A model generated the notes under the pieces. It was not told the origin of the DNA and did not search any database. It was given only the letters and a program-made list of their open reading frames with translations. 64,000 nucleotides of DNA from Candidatus Levyibacteriota bacterium. Its GTDB lineage: Bacteria > Patescibacteriota > Microgenomatia > Levybacterales > UBA12049. The position numbers were made by a program, and so were the translations under genes. Position 1 is the stretch's first letter. Every line of letters starts with the position of its first letter. The DNA lies in contig DAIDHK010000004.1 in NCBI GenBank assembly GCA_027459725.1, positions 7,050-71,049 on the forward strand, written 5' to 3'. This document shows positions 39,461-50,287 of this stretch, piece after piece.

Positions 39461-41965
39461 TCATAATGATATGTTCATCTTACGAGTCATTCTAAAATAG
39501 AGCACTTTTATATAATCAAGTGCGAATATATAAACAATGGTCAAAACAAGGATGATTAGTAAAGAGGAAGTAGGAAGTGGTGTTAGAGAAAAGAGATGTG
39601 CAATGGGTGGAATATATGGTATGACAACCGATAAAAGCAGAATAAAAATAATCAGGCTTGACATAAGAACCGATGGTTTCTTTCCTTGCCACATATGTGC
39701 TTTATTTCTAACAGAAAAAATGATTATGAGTTGTGTAACATTAAGAAATATAAAGAGGCTCGTTTCAGTGACACTCGTCGCTCTAAAACCAAGTATCGTA
39801 AAATAAATAAAATCATATATCATACTAAATGTACCAAGAAAAAGAGAAATAAACATAAGTGAATGAATATTGTATTTTTGAGGGTTTTTTACCTCATTTA
39901 CATCGACATTGTCTGAATAAACACTAATAAGTGGCAAATCCTGCATCAAATTACCAATCAGAAGCTGAATTGGTAATATTGGTAAATTGAAAGAAATAAG
40001 ATAGAGTATACCGAGCGAGAAGAAAGATCCAAAATTGCCTACCATAGTATGCTTGACATATTTATTTATATTGACAAATATACTCCGTCCATAGTGTATA
40101 CCATTCACAATTACTTCTATATCTTTATTTAGTAGAATAATATCAGCACTATCTTTTGCAACATCTGTCGCATTATTTACGGCAATTGCTACATCTGCGA
40201 GTTTGAGTGATGGGGCATCGTTTATCCCATCCCCCTGATAGCCTACAATATGACTAGCTTTAAGATGTTTGATAATAAGGTATTTTTGATCAGGGGTCAC
40301 CCGTGCAAAGACATTACACACCTCAACAGCTTTTCTTAGCTGTGTTTCAGACATTTTTTCCAGATCTGTTCCTGTATATGCTTTCTCATGCACACCTAAA
40401 AGACCAATTTGACGTCCAACATATTCAGCCACTTCAATACTGTCTCCTGTGAGTATTTTAAGTGCAATACCAAGCTTTTCTGCCAATTCTATAGTATGCT
40501 TTGCATTAAGTCTGAGTGGATCGATGAGCTGAACATATCCTAAAAACTCTAAATTATCTTCATGTTTTAATATATCATAGTCATTTGAATATTCGATCTT
40601 TTTATACGCAATACCCAGATGTCGTATGCCTTGTTTTCCGTCTTCTTGTATTGACTGCAAATATACTTCTTTTTTCTTACAAATAGATATATTCAGAAGA
40701 GTTTCAACTGACCCAATTTCGATAAGATAATGGCTATTATCTTTTTTGTCTTCCAGTATGACCCATCTTCTTCTCGCCGTTGGATCAAATGGGAGGTCAT
40801 CTACTTGTTTCCATCGCCCGGAGTGTTCTTGTATATCCCTGGGCACATAGGAGAGAAAAGCCGTATCGAATGAGTTTTGAAATTTCTTTTTTCCTGTCCC
40901 TAGTTTCTCAATCGTGGCGACGGCAAATTGTTGAAAAAGCACTGAATTCTCTGTAATTACCTGTTTGACACTGAGCTTGTTTTCAGTCAATGTGCCCGTT
41001 TTGTCGGTACATAGTAAGTTAACGTCTCCTAAATCCTCAATTGCAGAAAGACGTTTGACGATAACATGTTTTTTTGCCAATCGCAATGCACCTTGGGATA
41101 GTGTCACTGTCGCAATAACAGGAAGTGCTTCAGGAATTACCGTAATTGAAAGTGCAATAATAAAAAGAAGCAGATCAGTAATATGGGAAACATTATGTGT
41201 AATAAGCAATTTAGCAAAGAAGATAATTACGAGAGTTAAAAATATAATCTTCATTAAAAAACTACTAAATGATTGTAGTTGTTTCTCGTACTGTGTTACT
41301 TTTTTTGTAGTCTGAGACAGATTTGCTATTTTCCCAAGTTGCGTATCATTACCAATTGCGAAGATCACTCCTTTGCCATCGCCTTTTTCAATAATGCTGC
41401 CGGCAAATACAAGAGAAGTATCATTTTTTGCGTTTTCGTTCTTTGAAACAGGTGCGGACTCGCCGGTTAACTGCGATTCATTGACTGAAAAATCATCTGC
41501 ATGAATCAGTTTTATATCAGCAGGAACAATATCGCCCTCTCGAAGAATAACAATATCTCCAATGGTAAGAAATTTTTCATCAACTAGCTCTGTTTTACCA
41601 TTTCGAATAACTAAACTTTGCTTACCAATAAGTTTTGCTAATTTTTCAATTGCTTTTTCTGATCTATACTCTTGAACAAATCCAAGTAAAGTGTTTATCA
41701 ATAATACGATTGTTATGACAATCGCATCAGATATATCATGAAGGAATACTGAGAGTAATGCGGCAAACGCGAGTAAGTAGACAAGTGCGCTTTGGAACTG
41801 TTTTATAAATATTTTAATAGCGTTATTTTTATCTTTTTTGAGCGTATTTTCTCCATATTGAGCTATTCTCTTGGTTACTTCTTCTTGAGACAGACCATTT
41901 ATGCTTGTTCCAATTTTTTTTAATACTTCCTCATAAGGGAGTATTGTGAGTTCTTCTTTTTTCAT
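39461..41965 (-). CDS. P-type cation-transporting ATPase (Ca2+/Mg2+ type)
   Basis: CTDKTGTLT phosphorylation motif, GDGINDAPSL hinge, 10 TM helices. Confidence 0.9.
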   Translation of the reverse strand: MKKEELTILPYEEVLKKIGTSINGLSQEEVTKRIAQYGENTLKKDKNNAIKIFIKQFQSALVYLLAFAALLSVFLHDISDAIVITIVLLINTLLGFVQEYRSEKAIEKLAKLIGKQSLVIRNGKTELVDEKFLTIGDIVILREGDIVPADIKLIHADDFSVNESQLTGESAPVSKNENAKNDTSLVFAGSIIEKGDGKGVIFAIGNDTQLGKIANLSQTTKKVTQYEKQLQSFSSFLMKIIFLTLVIIFFAKLLITHNVSHITDLLLFIIALSITVIPEALPVIATVTLSQGALRLAKKHVIVKRLSAIEDLGDVNLLCTDKTGTLTENKLSVKQVITENSVLFQQFAVATIEKLGTGKKKFQNSFDTAFLSYVPRDIQEHSGRWKQVDDLPFDPTARRRWVILEDKKDNSHYLIEIGSVETLLNISICKKKEVYLQSIQEDGKQGIRHLGIAYKKIEYSNDYDILKHEDNLEFLGYVQLIDPLRLNAKHTIELAEKLGIALKILTGDSIEVAEYVGRQIGLLGVHEKAYTGTDLEKMSETQLRKAVEVCNVFARVTPDQKYLIIKHLKASHIVGYQGDGINDAPSLKLADVAIAVNNATDVAKDSADIILLNKDIEVIVNGIHYGRSIFVNINKYVKHTMVGNFGSFFSLGILYLISFNLPILPIQLLIGNLMQDLPLISVYSDNVDVNEVKNPQKYNIHSLMFISLFLGTFSMIYDFIYFTILGFRATSVTETSLFIFLNVTQLIIIFSVRNKAHMWQGKKPSVLMSSLIIFILLLSVVIPYIPPIAHLFSLTPLPTSSLLIILVLTIVYIFALDYIKVLYFRMTRKMNISL

Positions 41966-42418
41966 AAATAATCAAGTATCATCTAAAATGGCTGTTGAGA
42001 TCTATACAATAACATCCAAAAAAATAGACATTATTAAAAAAAGGGATATGAGAACAATACCTAGAGTAAAAAACATATCTTCTGTCATCTTCTTATACTC
42101 ATGACCCTGACTAGTTCTAGAATTTATAATCAATGCTTCTGTTTCCATAAAAAATATACTAGTAATAGTACGTTAGCATAGCTATGCCCTTTAGGGCAAG
42201 GTCTTTTAGCTTCTACCAAAATCTAGTATGCTGCGATGGCATGATGAGATGCCTTCGATACTCGACGCATAATGTCTATATTGTTTGATATCGTTAATGT
42301 GTACTTTAGGAGAAGATAGGGATATGGGTAATAGATCAGATACGACAGATCTGTGATGTAAGCTATGTCAAGATTATCATGAGATTGAACCAAACAGTAA
42401 TGAATAATTCATACTTGA

Positions 42419-42439
42419 GGATAAAAGGGCTTTCAGCCC
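42419..42439 (-). terminator. Candidate intrinsic terminator downstream of the NRAMP gene
   Basis: Hairpin GGGCTGAAAGCCC followed by TTTTAT on the minus strand. Confidence 0.3.
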
Positions 42440-42592
42440 GAATGAAACATATGTACTTTCAGTGCATAGTCGTTTTGTATATACATTTCACTAATTGATC
42501 ATACCCATAATATTTTCTTTTTTTACAAACTAAAATACTATCAATAAAAATACTGATCAATTAGCTTTATTTCAATTTGTACTGTCTAACTC

Positions 42593-43918
42593 CTAGTTAT
42601 TTTTTCCGAATGTTAAAAACATTGCAACTGCTGCTGCTCCCATGCCAATAAACGTAAGCCAGATAAATAAATTTGATAGTAATCCGCTTTTGTATTTGCC
42701 CATAATTTTCTCGTTTTTTGCAACAAGAGCAATTATAAAAATAAGGGGAACGGCAACAACACCGTTAATAACGGCCGTATATACGAGTGCTTTTATAGGA
42801 TCAATTCCTAAAAAATTGATAACCAGTCCAAGAATGGTTGCTATTGTAATAACACCATAAAATCCGTGTGCCTGTTTCAGCTTTAAACCTAATCCTTCTT
42901 TCCACGAGAATGTTTCCGATAATGCATATGATGCAGAGCCTGCAAGTACAGGAATAGCAAGCAGTCCTAATCCGATAATGCCTGTCGCAAAAAGAAGCTT
43001 CGCTAAATATCCAGCATTTGGGAAAGAATTTACGAGTGGTTCAAGTGCTTTAGCTGCATCTGCTGAAGTCGCAATATTAGTAATCCCATGAGAATTCAAA
43101 ATTGTTGCGGTTACGACAATTATCGACCACGTACCAATTTCTGAGAAAAACATTCCTATAAAATTATCAAGTCTAAGATTTTTGATGAAAAATCTTCCAA
43201 TGCGTGGTTTCTTATCCCACCCAATCAAATTATCTGCCTTTTCTTCTTCCACTTCTTCAGATGCTTGCCAGAAAAACATATAAGGAGAAATTGTTGTTCC
43301 TAAAACTCCGGTAATAATGAATAAAAATTGAAAAGAAAATTCAAAATGAGGCACGAATGTAGCTTTTAACAGAGTTGCCCAAGGCTCATGAACGATAAAG
43401 ACAGTTACGGGATATGCGAACAGAGAGATACAAAGCCATTTGAGAATATTTGCATATACCTTGTATGAGGTAAAAATTTCAAGACTAAGCATTAAGGCAG
43501 TAAATAACAAAGTGAGAACAGTAAAGTTGAGTGGTAAAACCAGATTTGCAGCAGCGGCCATTGCTCCAATATCTGCTCCTATATTAATAGTATTTGCAAT
43601 AAGTACAAGAAGAACAACCCCATAAAGTATTTTTTTATTATAATGTTCTCTAACAACAGCAGCAATTCCTTTACCAGTTACCGCTCCAATCCTAGCACAT
43701 GCTTCCTGGACAGCTGTCTGAAAGGGTAACATAAAAATGGCGGTCCAAAGTTGTCCATAGCCAAATTGAGCACCCGTTTGAGAATACGTAGCAATACCCG
43801 ATGGGTCATCATCCGCTGCGCCCGTAATTACTCCCGGACCTAACAGCTTAAAAAACTTTTTTAGTGAAATCATACAGCATTCATATATTATTCTAAGTTC
43901 AACAGTGCTATATTGCAA
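42593..43918 (-). CDS. mntH: NRAMP-family divalent metal (Mn2+/Fe2+) transporter MntH
   Basis: GPGVITGAADDDPSGIATYSQTGAQFGY Nramp signature, 11 TM helices. Confidence 0.85.
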   Translation of the reverse strand: MQYSTVELRIIYECCMISLKKFFKLLGPGVITGAADDDPSGIATYSQTGAQFGYGQLWTAIFMLPFQTAVQEACARIGAVTGKGIAAVVREHYNKKILYGVVLLVLIANTINIGADIGAMAAAANLVLPLNFTVLTLLFTALMLSLEIFTSYKVYANILKWLCISLFAYPVTVFIVHEPWATLLKATFVPHFEFSFQFLFIITGVLGTTISPYMFFWQASEEVEEEKADNLIGWDKKPRIGRFFIKNLRLDNFIGMFFSEIGTWSIIVVTATILNSHGITNIATSADAAKALEPLVNSFPNAGYLAKLLFATGIIGLGLLAIPVLAGSASYALSETFSWKEGLGLKLKQAHGFYGVITIATILGLVINFLGIDPIKALVYTAVINGVVAVPLIFIIALVAKNEKIMGKYKSGLLSNLFIWLTFIGMGAAAVAMFLTFGKNN

Positions 43919-44452
43919 GGAGCTTTATGCAGTCTGCAAGCAAGAACATACGATTTATTTTTAGTGATAAAGATATAATGAATTATAAAATTTATTCGTT
44001 TTATAAATTGTTCAGTATCTTCTTCACTACCAAATCTTGTAGTACAATAAATAATATGTAATACAACTATAAAGAATGATCCAAATATTTTATCCAGTTT
44101 CCCAACGGTATATTCTTTTTATATAATACTTTATTAACAACCTCGCACTGATAAAAATATTATCCATGGAGCAATAATAGTGTCAATATAATTCATCAAG
44201 AAGTAAAAAAATAAAAAACAAAAAAAGTATCTTAGTGAAAAACTAAAACGCATATCATAAATTATACCGGAAATATACCTGTCAAAAATGTAGAGGGTAG
44301 CCGCCAGATAGTACAACGTAAGTATAGATCAATATACTTTGTGTCCACTATCTCTGTAAAAATACAATACATAATAATACGATTATAGCTTATAGAAGAG
44401 TCAAGTAAATTAATCGAATGATTTCAATAGAAATCGAGACTTAATATATAAT

Positions 44453-45226
44453 ATGACAAGACAGGTATTGTATTTAAAGATGGGAGGATCATTAATCACT
44501 GATAAAAAAGTAGCATACAAGCCTCTACTCAATAATATCCAAAATATCGCAGATATAATCAAAACAATTAACCAGCCTATGATTATTGCTCATGGAAGCG
44601 GCAGCTTTGGTCATACTTCAGCCAAAAAGTATGGAGGATTAAAAAGTTACTCATCAAGAATAGGGATTGCTAAAGTTTCAAGAGATGCTAGCGCTATAAA
44701 TAATATTGTAGTTGATGAATTACTTAAAAATGATTTACCTGTCGTATCATTTCGACCACAAAGTTTTTTATTAGCAAATGAAGGTAGGCTTAAACAAGGC
44801 TTTTTTAAGCCGATTTTAGAATCTCTTAAACAAGGACTTATTCCTATAATTTACGGAGATGTAATATGGGATAAAAGTTGGCAATCAACTATATTTTCTG
44901 GAGAAAAAATTCTCTATGAGTTAGCTAAGTATTTAATAAAACAAAACTATGAAGTAAATGCAGTTATTCAACTATCAGATGTAGACGGAGTAATGTCATC
45001 TGATGGAAAGATCATTAAAGAAATAACTAATTCTAATTGGAGAACTATAAAACAATATATATATCCTCTAAATGTAACTGATGTAACAGGAGGTATGACA
45101 CACAAAATTGAACAAGCATTAAAAGCAACTCGATATAACATCTCAACGTACATCATAAACGGCAAAGACAAATCCCTGGAAATGTTACTAAACAAAACTT
45201 TAAACTCAGGAACCCTTATTAGATAA
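44453..45226 (+). CDS. Isopentenyl phosphate kinase (amino-acid-kinase family)
   Basis: LKMGGSLITDKK and AHGSGSFGH match isopentenyl phosphate kinase signatures. Confidence 0.75.
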   Translation: MTRQVLYLKMGGSLITDKKVAYKPLLNNIQNIADIIKTINQPMIIAHGSGSFGHTSAKKYGGLKSYSSRIGIAKVSRDASAINNIVVDELLKNDLPVVSFRPQSFLLANEGRLKQGFFKPILESLKQGLIPIIYGDVIWDKSWQSTIFSGEKILYELAKYLIKQNYEVNAVIQLSDVDGVMSSDGKIIKEITNSNWRTIKQYIYPLNVTDVTGGMTHKIEQALKATRYNISTYIINGKDKSLEMLLNKTLNSGTLIR

Positions 45227-45231
45227 TAAAT

Positions 45232-45888
45232 ATGCAATCAACCGAAGTAGCAATCAATAATTTCTTAGACGAACAGATGCATTCAGTTCTAACTACTGTT
45301 GTAGGTATTGGAGCTATTGTGATCCCCAGAATGCTGGCTAATGGAGATAATATCCCCTTTCTTACAGTTGAAGAAAAACATTCCAAGCCACAGACAGGAA
45401 AAACAGCATTTAAAAGAGGTATCCCTCAGGAAACAATAAAACTTACTCGTGACAAAAACAGAGCAGAGGATCCTAATTCTACCCTTAGGGGACTTATTTT
45501 GGAAGAGATATTAGGACAATACGAATTCTCAAATTTGGGTGAATATTTTTATCGTCCCGATCTTAAGGGATCTGCAATAGTACGACTTCCATCTCTTCCT
45601 GGTAAGGCAGGAAGAATTGAGATTGTTGTTTATTCAGGTAAACCCGATGATTTATTGTCTGCTGTTGTAGATGATGAGATATTTAATCCACAATATCGCA
45701 CTTACCTTACAACAGGGCCAAATACACGTGAAACCTCAGTAGAATTAGTTAGGGCAGCACAAAATCGTGGCATACTGGTAGAAGGAGTTAGGCTGTATGA
45801 CACAGGTAATCACAAACCTGTTTTCCATCCTGAATTTGATCCAAGCTCGTTTTTAAGTAAAAGATCAAGTAGACTTGATATAATATAA
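45232..45888 (+). CDS. Hypothetical protein sandwiched between IPK and IDI
   Basis: 218 aa. Tight operon spacing (5 bp and 13 bp). No recognised motif. Confidence 0.45.
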   Translation: MQSTEVAINNFLDEQMHSVLTTVVGIGAIVIPRMLANGDNIPFLTVEEKHSKPQTGKTAFKRGIPQETIKLTRDKNRAEDPNSTLRGLILEEILGQYEFSNLGEYFYRPDLKGSAIVRLPSLPGKAGRIEIVVYSGKPDDLLSAVVDDEIFNPQYRTYLTTGPNTRETSVELVRAAQNRGILVEGVRLYDTGNHKPVFHPEFDPSSFLSKRSSRLDII

Positions 45889-45901
45889 TGCTTAAATCAC
45901 T

Positions 45902-46444
45902 ATGCAGGAATTAGTAGTATTGGTAGATGATTCCAATAACCAAATAGGAGTTTTACCAAAGCTGGAAGCACATAATTCACACACTCCTCTGCATAGAGGG
46001 TTCTCCTGTTATGTTTTTAATAAAAATGGACAATTTATGCTTACTCAAAGAGCTTTAAGTAAGAAAGTTTTTCCCGGAATATGGACAAACAGCTGCTGTG
46101 GTCATCCAGCGCCTGCAGAAGAGATAAGTCATGCTGTAAAAAGAAGATTAGAATTTGAACTTGGGCTTGAACCAAAAAAGCTCAGACTAGTTCTGCCCAA
46201 ATTCAGATATCAAGCAGAAATGAATGGAATTCTGGAAAATGAAATCTGTCCTGTATATATCGCACAAGTTCTTACCGAGCCAGTAATTAATCCAGATGAA
46301 GTTGAAGATTATAAATGGATAGACTGGAAAAGCTTTATTAACGAGATAGCACAAAATCCGCAAGAATATTCTAAGTGGTGTGTAGAACAAGTTGAACAAC
46401 TACGTTACATGAAAATTGTAAATGATTATGCCACAAAATGCTAA
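45902..46444 (+). CDS. idi: Isopentenyl-diphosphate delta-isomerase type 1 (Nudix)
   Basis: HRGFSCYVFNKNGQFMLTQRALSKKVFPGIWTNSCCGHP matches the IDI-1 catalytic region. Confidence 0.85.
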   Translation: MQELVVLVDDSNNQIGVLPKLEAHNSHTPLHRGFSCYVFNKNGQFMLTQRALSKKVFPGIWTNSCCGHPAPAEEISHAVKRRLEFELGLEPKKLRLVLPKFRYQAEMNGILENEICPVYIAQVLTEPVINPDEVEDYKWIDWKSFINEIAQNPQEYSKWCVEQVEQLRYMKIVNDYATKC

Positions 46445-46962
46445 TCATTTTTCATTAATGTCTTGTCAACTTTAGTTTCAGATCTCCTTAACAGATAAAT
46501 TCCAACACAAAATATAAGTATAGATAGGAGTACAGGAGTAATAACTGGTCCTACCCAGGGAACTGGAATAAGAAAATATACATCAATATTAAACATGTTA
46601 TTAGGCCATCCTGTTAATAAACTTAGAAATACATAATAAAAAATGTCCCATACAGAGAATGCTATAAAAAAAGCTCCAATTCTTTGTTTTAAATTACCGC
46701 CTGTGATATATGCTATTGATAAGAGCATAACTATGGTGGAAAATTCTCTCCACATTTCAATTGACTCAATTTTTCCCGTTACTAAAATAGGCTGATGAGG
46801 TAATATAAAAGCAATTACGCCTAGATTTAATAGTACCGAATAATCTTTAGCGGAAACTACATTTAAATTTTGGCCAATAATGTGATGTAAATAAACTACC
46901 ACAATTGACTCGAGTAATCCGAAGGCAATACCAAAAATGATAAGTGGCAATATTTTATTCAT
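46441..46962 (-). CDS. Membrane protein, hypothetical
   Basis: 173 aa, 4-5 TM helices. Confidence 0.4.
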   Translation of the reverse strand: MNKILPLIIFGIAFGLLESIVVVYLHHIIGQNLNVVSAKDYSVLLNLGVIAFILPHQPILVTGKIESIEMWREFSTIVMLLSIAYITGGNLKQRIGAFFIAFSVWDIFYYVFLSLLTGWPNNMFNIDVYFLIPVPWVGPVITPVLLSILIFCVGIYLLRRSETKVDKTLMKND

Positions 46963-46996
46963 AACAACATTTTATCTTCAGTTATTGTATTTAAAC

Positions 46997-47836
46997 TTAA
47001 TTTAGACTACTACTAATATATTTTGCCAAGCTCTTAGGCGTTTCTACCGGTGGTAAATGTCCGGCATGAGGTATAAAATATAAAGACGCTTGAGGAAGAA
47101 GATCATGGAATTTATTTGCCTGAGTCTTATTAATAATCAGATCTTGATCTCCATATATCAAATAAATTGGCATTTTAAGCTTCATAATTTTTTTATAGTC
47201 AAAATGAATTAGACTTATCCAGTTCTCCTCTACCGCTTTTTCATCTTGTTTTGTTTGAGAAAAAGCAGTCTTAAATGTAACTCTTATTAATTTTCTGAAG
47301 CTCCGAAATTTCAATATAAAAAAACTTAAAGGAATACTGAAAACCCTGCTTCTCCATAAGAAGAAAAATCCTTTGAATGGTCTGGGTGAATACTCACTTA
47401 GATCTGCTAAATGCAGAAACATAGATTCACTTAAGGTATCTTGTATGTAGGGTGTACTGATTAAAAAAAGTACCTTAACTAGCTCGGGGTATTTATTTGC
47501 CAGTTCAATTGCCAAAGTAGCACCCATACAATGACCACAAACTATAAGTTTCTGCAAACCAGCAAATTTTACTAGTTTATTTAAATAATCTGCGTAGGTG
47601 GTTAAAGTCAGGCGCTGGTACAGTGGCTGTGAATCTCCCCATCCAGGCAAATCAGGAATTATTACAAAATATTTTTCTTTAAGTATTTCAGCCATTTCCA
47701 ATAAATCTTTGTGTGTACCTGTATAACCCGGAAGAAATAATAGATAAGGATTCAACTCATCTCCGCAAACCCAGTAATAGTCGACTACATTTTTCTCAGG
47801 GGAAAAACTCTTTTTGGTAATTCTTTTATAAATCAT
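46997..47836 (-). CDS. Alpha/beta-fold hydrolase
   Basis: GHCMG nucleophile elbow. Asp and His are placed appropriately. Confidence 0.7.
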   Translation of the reverse strand: MIYKRITKKSFSPEKNVVDYYWVCGDELNPYLLFLPGYTGTHKDLLEMAEILKEKYFVIIPDLPGWGDSQPLYQRLTLTTYADYLNKLVKFAGLQKLIVCGHCMGATLAIELANKYPELVKVLFLISTPYIQDTLSESMFLHLADLSEYSPRPFKGFFFLWRSRVFSIPLSFFILKFRSFRKLIRVTFKTAFSQTKQDEKAVEENWISLIHFDYKKIMKLKMPIYLIYGDQDLIINKTQANKFHDLLPQASLYFIPHAGHLPPVETPKSLAKYISSSLN

Positions 47837-48543
47837 TTATGATGTTTGCCAAAATCATATTCAAAAATGTTCTGCTTAATATGACCAAGTAAAAATAAGT
47901 GAATTTCAATTGCAACATATTTTAAAGCAATTTTAAACCTTCCTTCTTCCGCTAATCTTCTAACTGAGACTGGTACTTTATAAGCATTCAAGAAAGCAAA
48001 TTTACCAAATTGTTTAGCTCTTTGTACATAATCATGATCTTCTGCTAATAACAGCTCTTCATTAAATCCTTTGATTTTATTATGTGTGCTTTTTCTCACA
48101 AACACACAAAATCCAGGTAAATGAGGATAAAATTCAGATGTCAGTTTAATATAGTAATTTACTAACGAATGAAGCATGTGGTCAACCGTCAAATTGGATA
48201 AGGGAGTAACAAAACAAGAGGCAATATCCAAATCACGTCTTTTGAATTCGGAAATAGTATCTTTAAGGAAATTTTTCGGTAAAATAACATCAGCATCTAA
48301 AAATAAGAGTATATTCCCTGTAGCCAAACGTGCACCTTGATTACGAGCATTTGCTGGCCTTCCACCGTCTATTATCTTACAACCATACAACTCTGCTATT
48401 TTACGAGTACTATCTGTGGAAAAAGCATCGCTGACTATTATTTCTTCAGGTAGAAATGTTTGTTTTTTTAGCGAGTCAAGCAAATTAGGCAAAAACTCTT
48501 CTTCGTTAAATGTAGGAATAATAATACTTACTTTAGCGTTCAT
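47833..48543 (-). CDS. Family 2 glycosyltransferase
   Basis: VSIIIPTFNEEEFL and the DAD motif. Confidence 0.8.
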   Translation of the reverse strand: MNAKVSIIIPTFNEEEFLPNLLDSLKKQTFLPEEIIVSDAFSTDSTRKIAELYGCKIIDGGRPANARNQGARLATGNILLFLDADVILPKNFLKDTISEFKRRDLDIASCFVTPLSNLTVDHMLHSLVNYYIKLTSEFYPHLPGFCVFVRKSTHNKIKGFNEELLLAEDHDYVQRAKQFGKFAFLNAYKVPVSVRRLAEEGRFKIALKYVAIEIHLFLLGHIKQNIFEYDFGKHHK

Positions 48544-48586
48544 GTATATTTATTATACTAAATACAAAATATAGGGCAAGCAAGAG

Positions 48587-49561
48587 TCATATATAATATA
48601 GGTCTTTTATCATTTTTTGAGTAGTAAGTTCCATTTCAGACAAATTTTGTGTCAGCATTATTTTAGCTCTTAAATCTGCTGAATTGGGAAAACTATTCAT
48701 GTATATTTTGCAGTATTTTTTTAAAATAGCATAATTATTGGTTTCTCCATACTCTTGTCTGAATAGATCAAGATGATGTTTAAAAAGTTCTAATCTTTCT
48801 TTGACAGTAATTTGAGTCTTATCGATTTTTTTATTAAACAACCAGGGATCAGAGAAGATTGCTCTCCCGTACATTATACCTTCAATATGATATTGTCTAG
48901 CTTTTGCTTCTCCCTCAACTAATGTCTGAACGTCCCCATTACCCAACAAAAGAGTATCAGGTGCAATTTTATTACGAAGATCAACAATTCTTGACATATA
49001 CTCCCAATGTGCAGGTACTTTGGACATCTCGGAAGCAGTACGTAAATGAATAGTTAGCACTGGTAATTTTTGCTCTAATAAAAAACGTATCCAATTGTTT
49101 ATTACCTCTGTTTTTCTACCTACCCTCGTTTTCACACTGACAGGCAAACCAATTGCCCCTTCACGTGTTGCCTGTATAATTTCCCCGGCCAATAGAGGGG
49201 TATCAATCAGTGCAGAACAGGCCCCATTTTGCGTAATATCCCGTACAGGACATCCCATATTAATATCAATTCCATCAAATCCTAATTCTACACATATTTT
49301 TGCAGATTTATAAAAAGTGTCAGGATTAGTCCCCCAGATTTGTGCAACTATTAAGTGCTCTTGTGGCTTAAATTTTAGACGCTGTATAACCTTATCTCTG
49401 CCGGTTGATAGTAACCCGTCACAATTAGTAAACTCAGTAAACAATACATCCGGCTTACCTATTTCTACTATGATTTGCCTGAATACATTATCAGTAACTC
49501 CATCCATAGGTGCCAAGGCAGAGAAAGGTTGTTTTAACCTAAGCCAAAAATTATTATCCAT
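48587..49561 (-). CDS. dus: tRNA-dihydrouridine synthase (Dus)
   Basis: LAPMDGVTDNVFRQII and GFDGIDINMGCP FMN-binding motifs. Confidence 0.85.
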   Translation of the reverse strand: MDNNFWLRLKQPFSALAPMDGVTDNVFRQIIVEIGKPDVLFTEFTNCDGLLSTGRDKVIQRLKFKPQEHLIVAQIWGTNPDTFYKSAKICVELGFDGIDINMGCPVRDITQNGACSALIDTPLLAGEIIQATREGAIGLPVSVKTRVGRKTEVINNWIRFLLEQKLPVLTIHLRTASEMSKVPAHWEYMSRIVDLRNKIAPDTLLLGNGDVQTLVEGEAKARQYHIEGIMYGRAIFSDPWLFNKKIDKTQITVKERLELFKHHLDLFRQEYGETNNYAILKKYCKIYMNSFPNSADLRAKIMLTQNLSEMELTTQKMIKDLYYI

Positions 49562-49579
49562 AAAAATTATTAATGTTTA

Positions 49580-50257
49580 TTATAAAAGCTTACCAAAAGA
49601 ACCATCAACCGTTAATCTTACTCTATTCTTTACATGAGCAATACCGTCATCTTTTTTCGAATTTGTGACTGCTTTAAGAGCTTTTTGCCTGGAGGGATAT
49701 AATGTTGCAATTATGCTCTCGATATAGGTTTCGCGTGAAGCTTCACTTGCTAATCTTATATACATTGCTTTATTATTGTCACTAGGCTCCACAGTAATTA
49801 CAGTATTATAAAAATCACTTGCTAATGTATGCATAGTTTCTCTATATCTACCGGAAACCGGCTGATCTCCTACAAATACGATTGAGCCGAGTTCTAAGAC
49901 TCTATTTCTAAAATTGTAAGTTGGCTTATAGACGGAATAGTCTAATTTCAACGCACGCATGTTTTCTGCAAATTCATTAAAACCATCCAGATATTCTTGA
50001 GGGTTGACGTCACCAAAGATATATGGGAACAACCTGCAGGCATATATAACTTTAGACCCAAAATATCTAGTTTGATCAACAATCGAGTTAGTCCAGTAAA
50101 GATGTCTATTTATTTTATTAAAATAATCCGGCCAAACAGCATTACACATCTGGTTAACGTTCTCACTTAAACCTGGATTAAGTGCTCTTCCATCTGGGCC
50201 ATACAACATGTCTGCTCTACGAGAAGGCATCGATTCACTGATTATTGTTTCAGGCAT
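49580..50257 (-). CDS. Hypothetical protein
   Basis: 225 aa clean ORF. No motif. Confidence 0.4.
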   Translation of the reverse strand: MPETIISESMPSRRADMLYGPDGRALNPGLSENVNQMCNAVWPDYFNKINRHLYWTNSIVDQTRYFGSKVIYACRLFPYIFGDVNPQEYLDGFNEFAENMRALKLDYSVYKPTYNFRNRVLELGSIVFVGDQPVSGRYRETMHTLASDFYNTVITVEPSDNNKAMYIRLASEASRETYIESIIATLYPSRQKALKAVTNSKKDDGIAHVKNRVRLTVDGSFGKLL

Positions 50258-50287
50258 AAACTCCTACTATAAGATATTTTCATCGAT

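Noticed and set aside
41966-42592. Possible M-box (Mg2+) riboswitch upstream of the P-type ATPase
   Set aside because: The conserved M-box core segments were not found on the relevant strand. Only generic hairpins are present.
43919-44450. Possible yybP-ykoY Mn2+ riboswitch in the mntH leader
   Set aside because: The region is nearly pure AT-rich sequence without the conserved paired elements.
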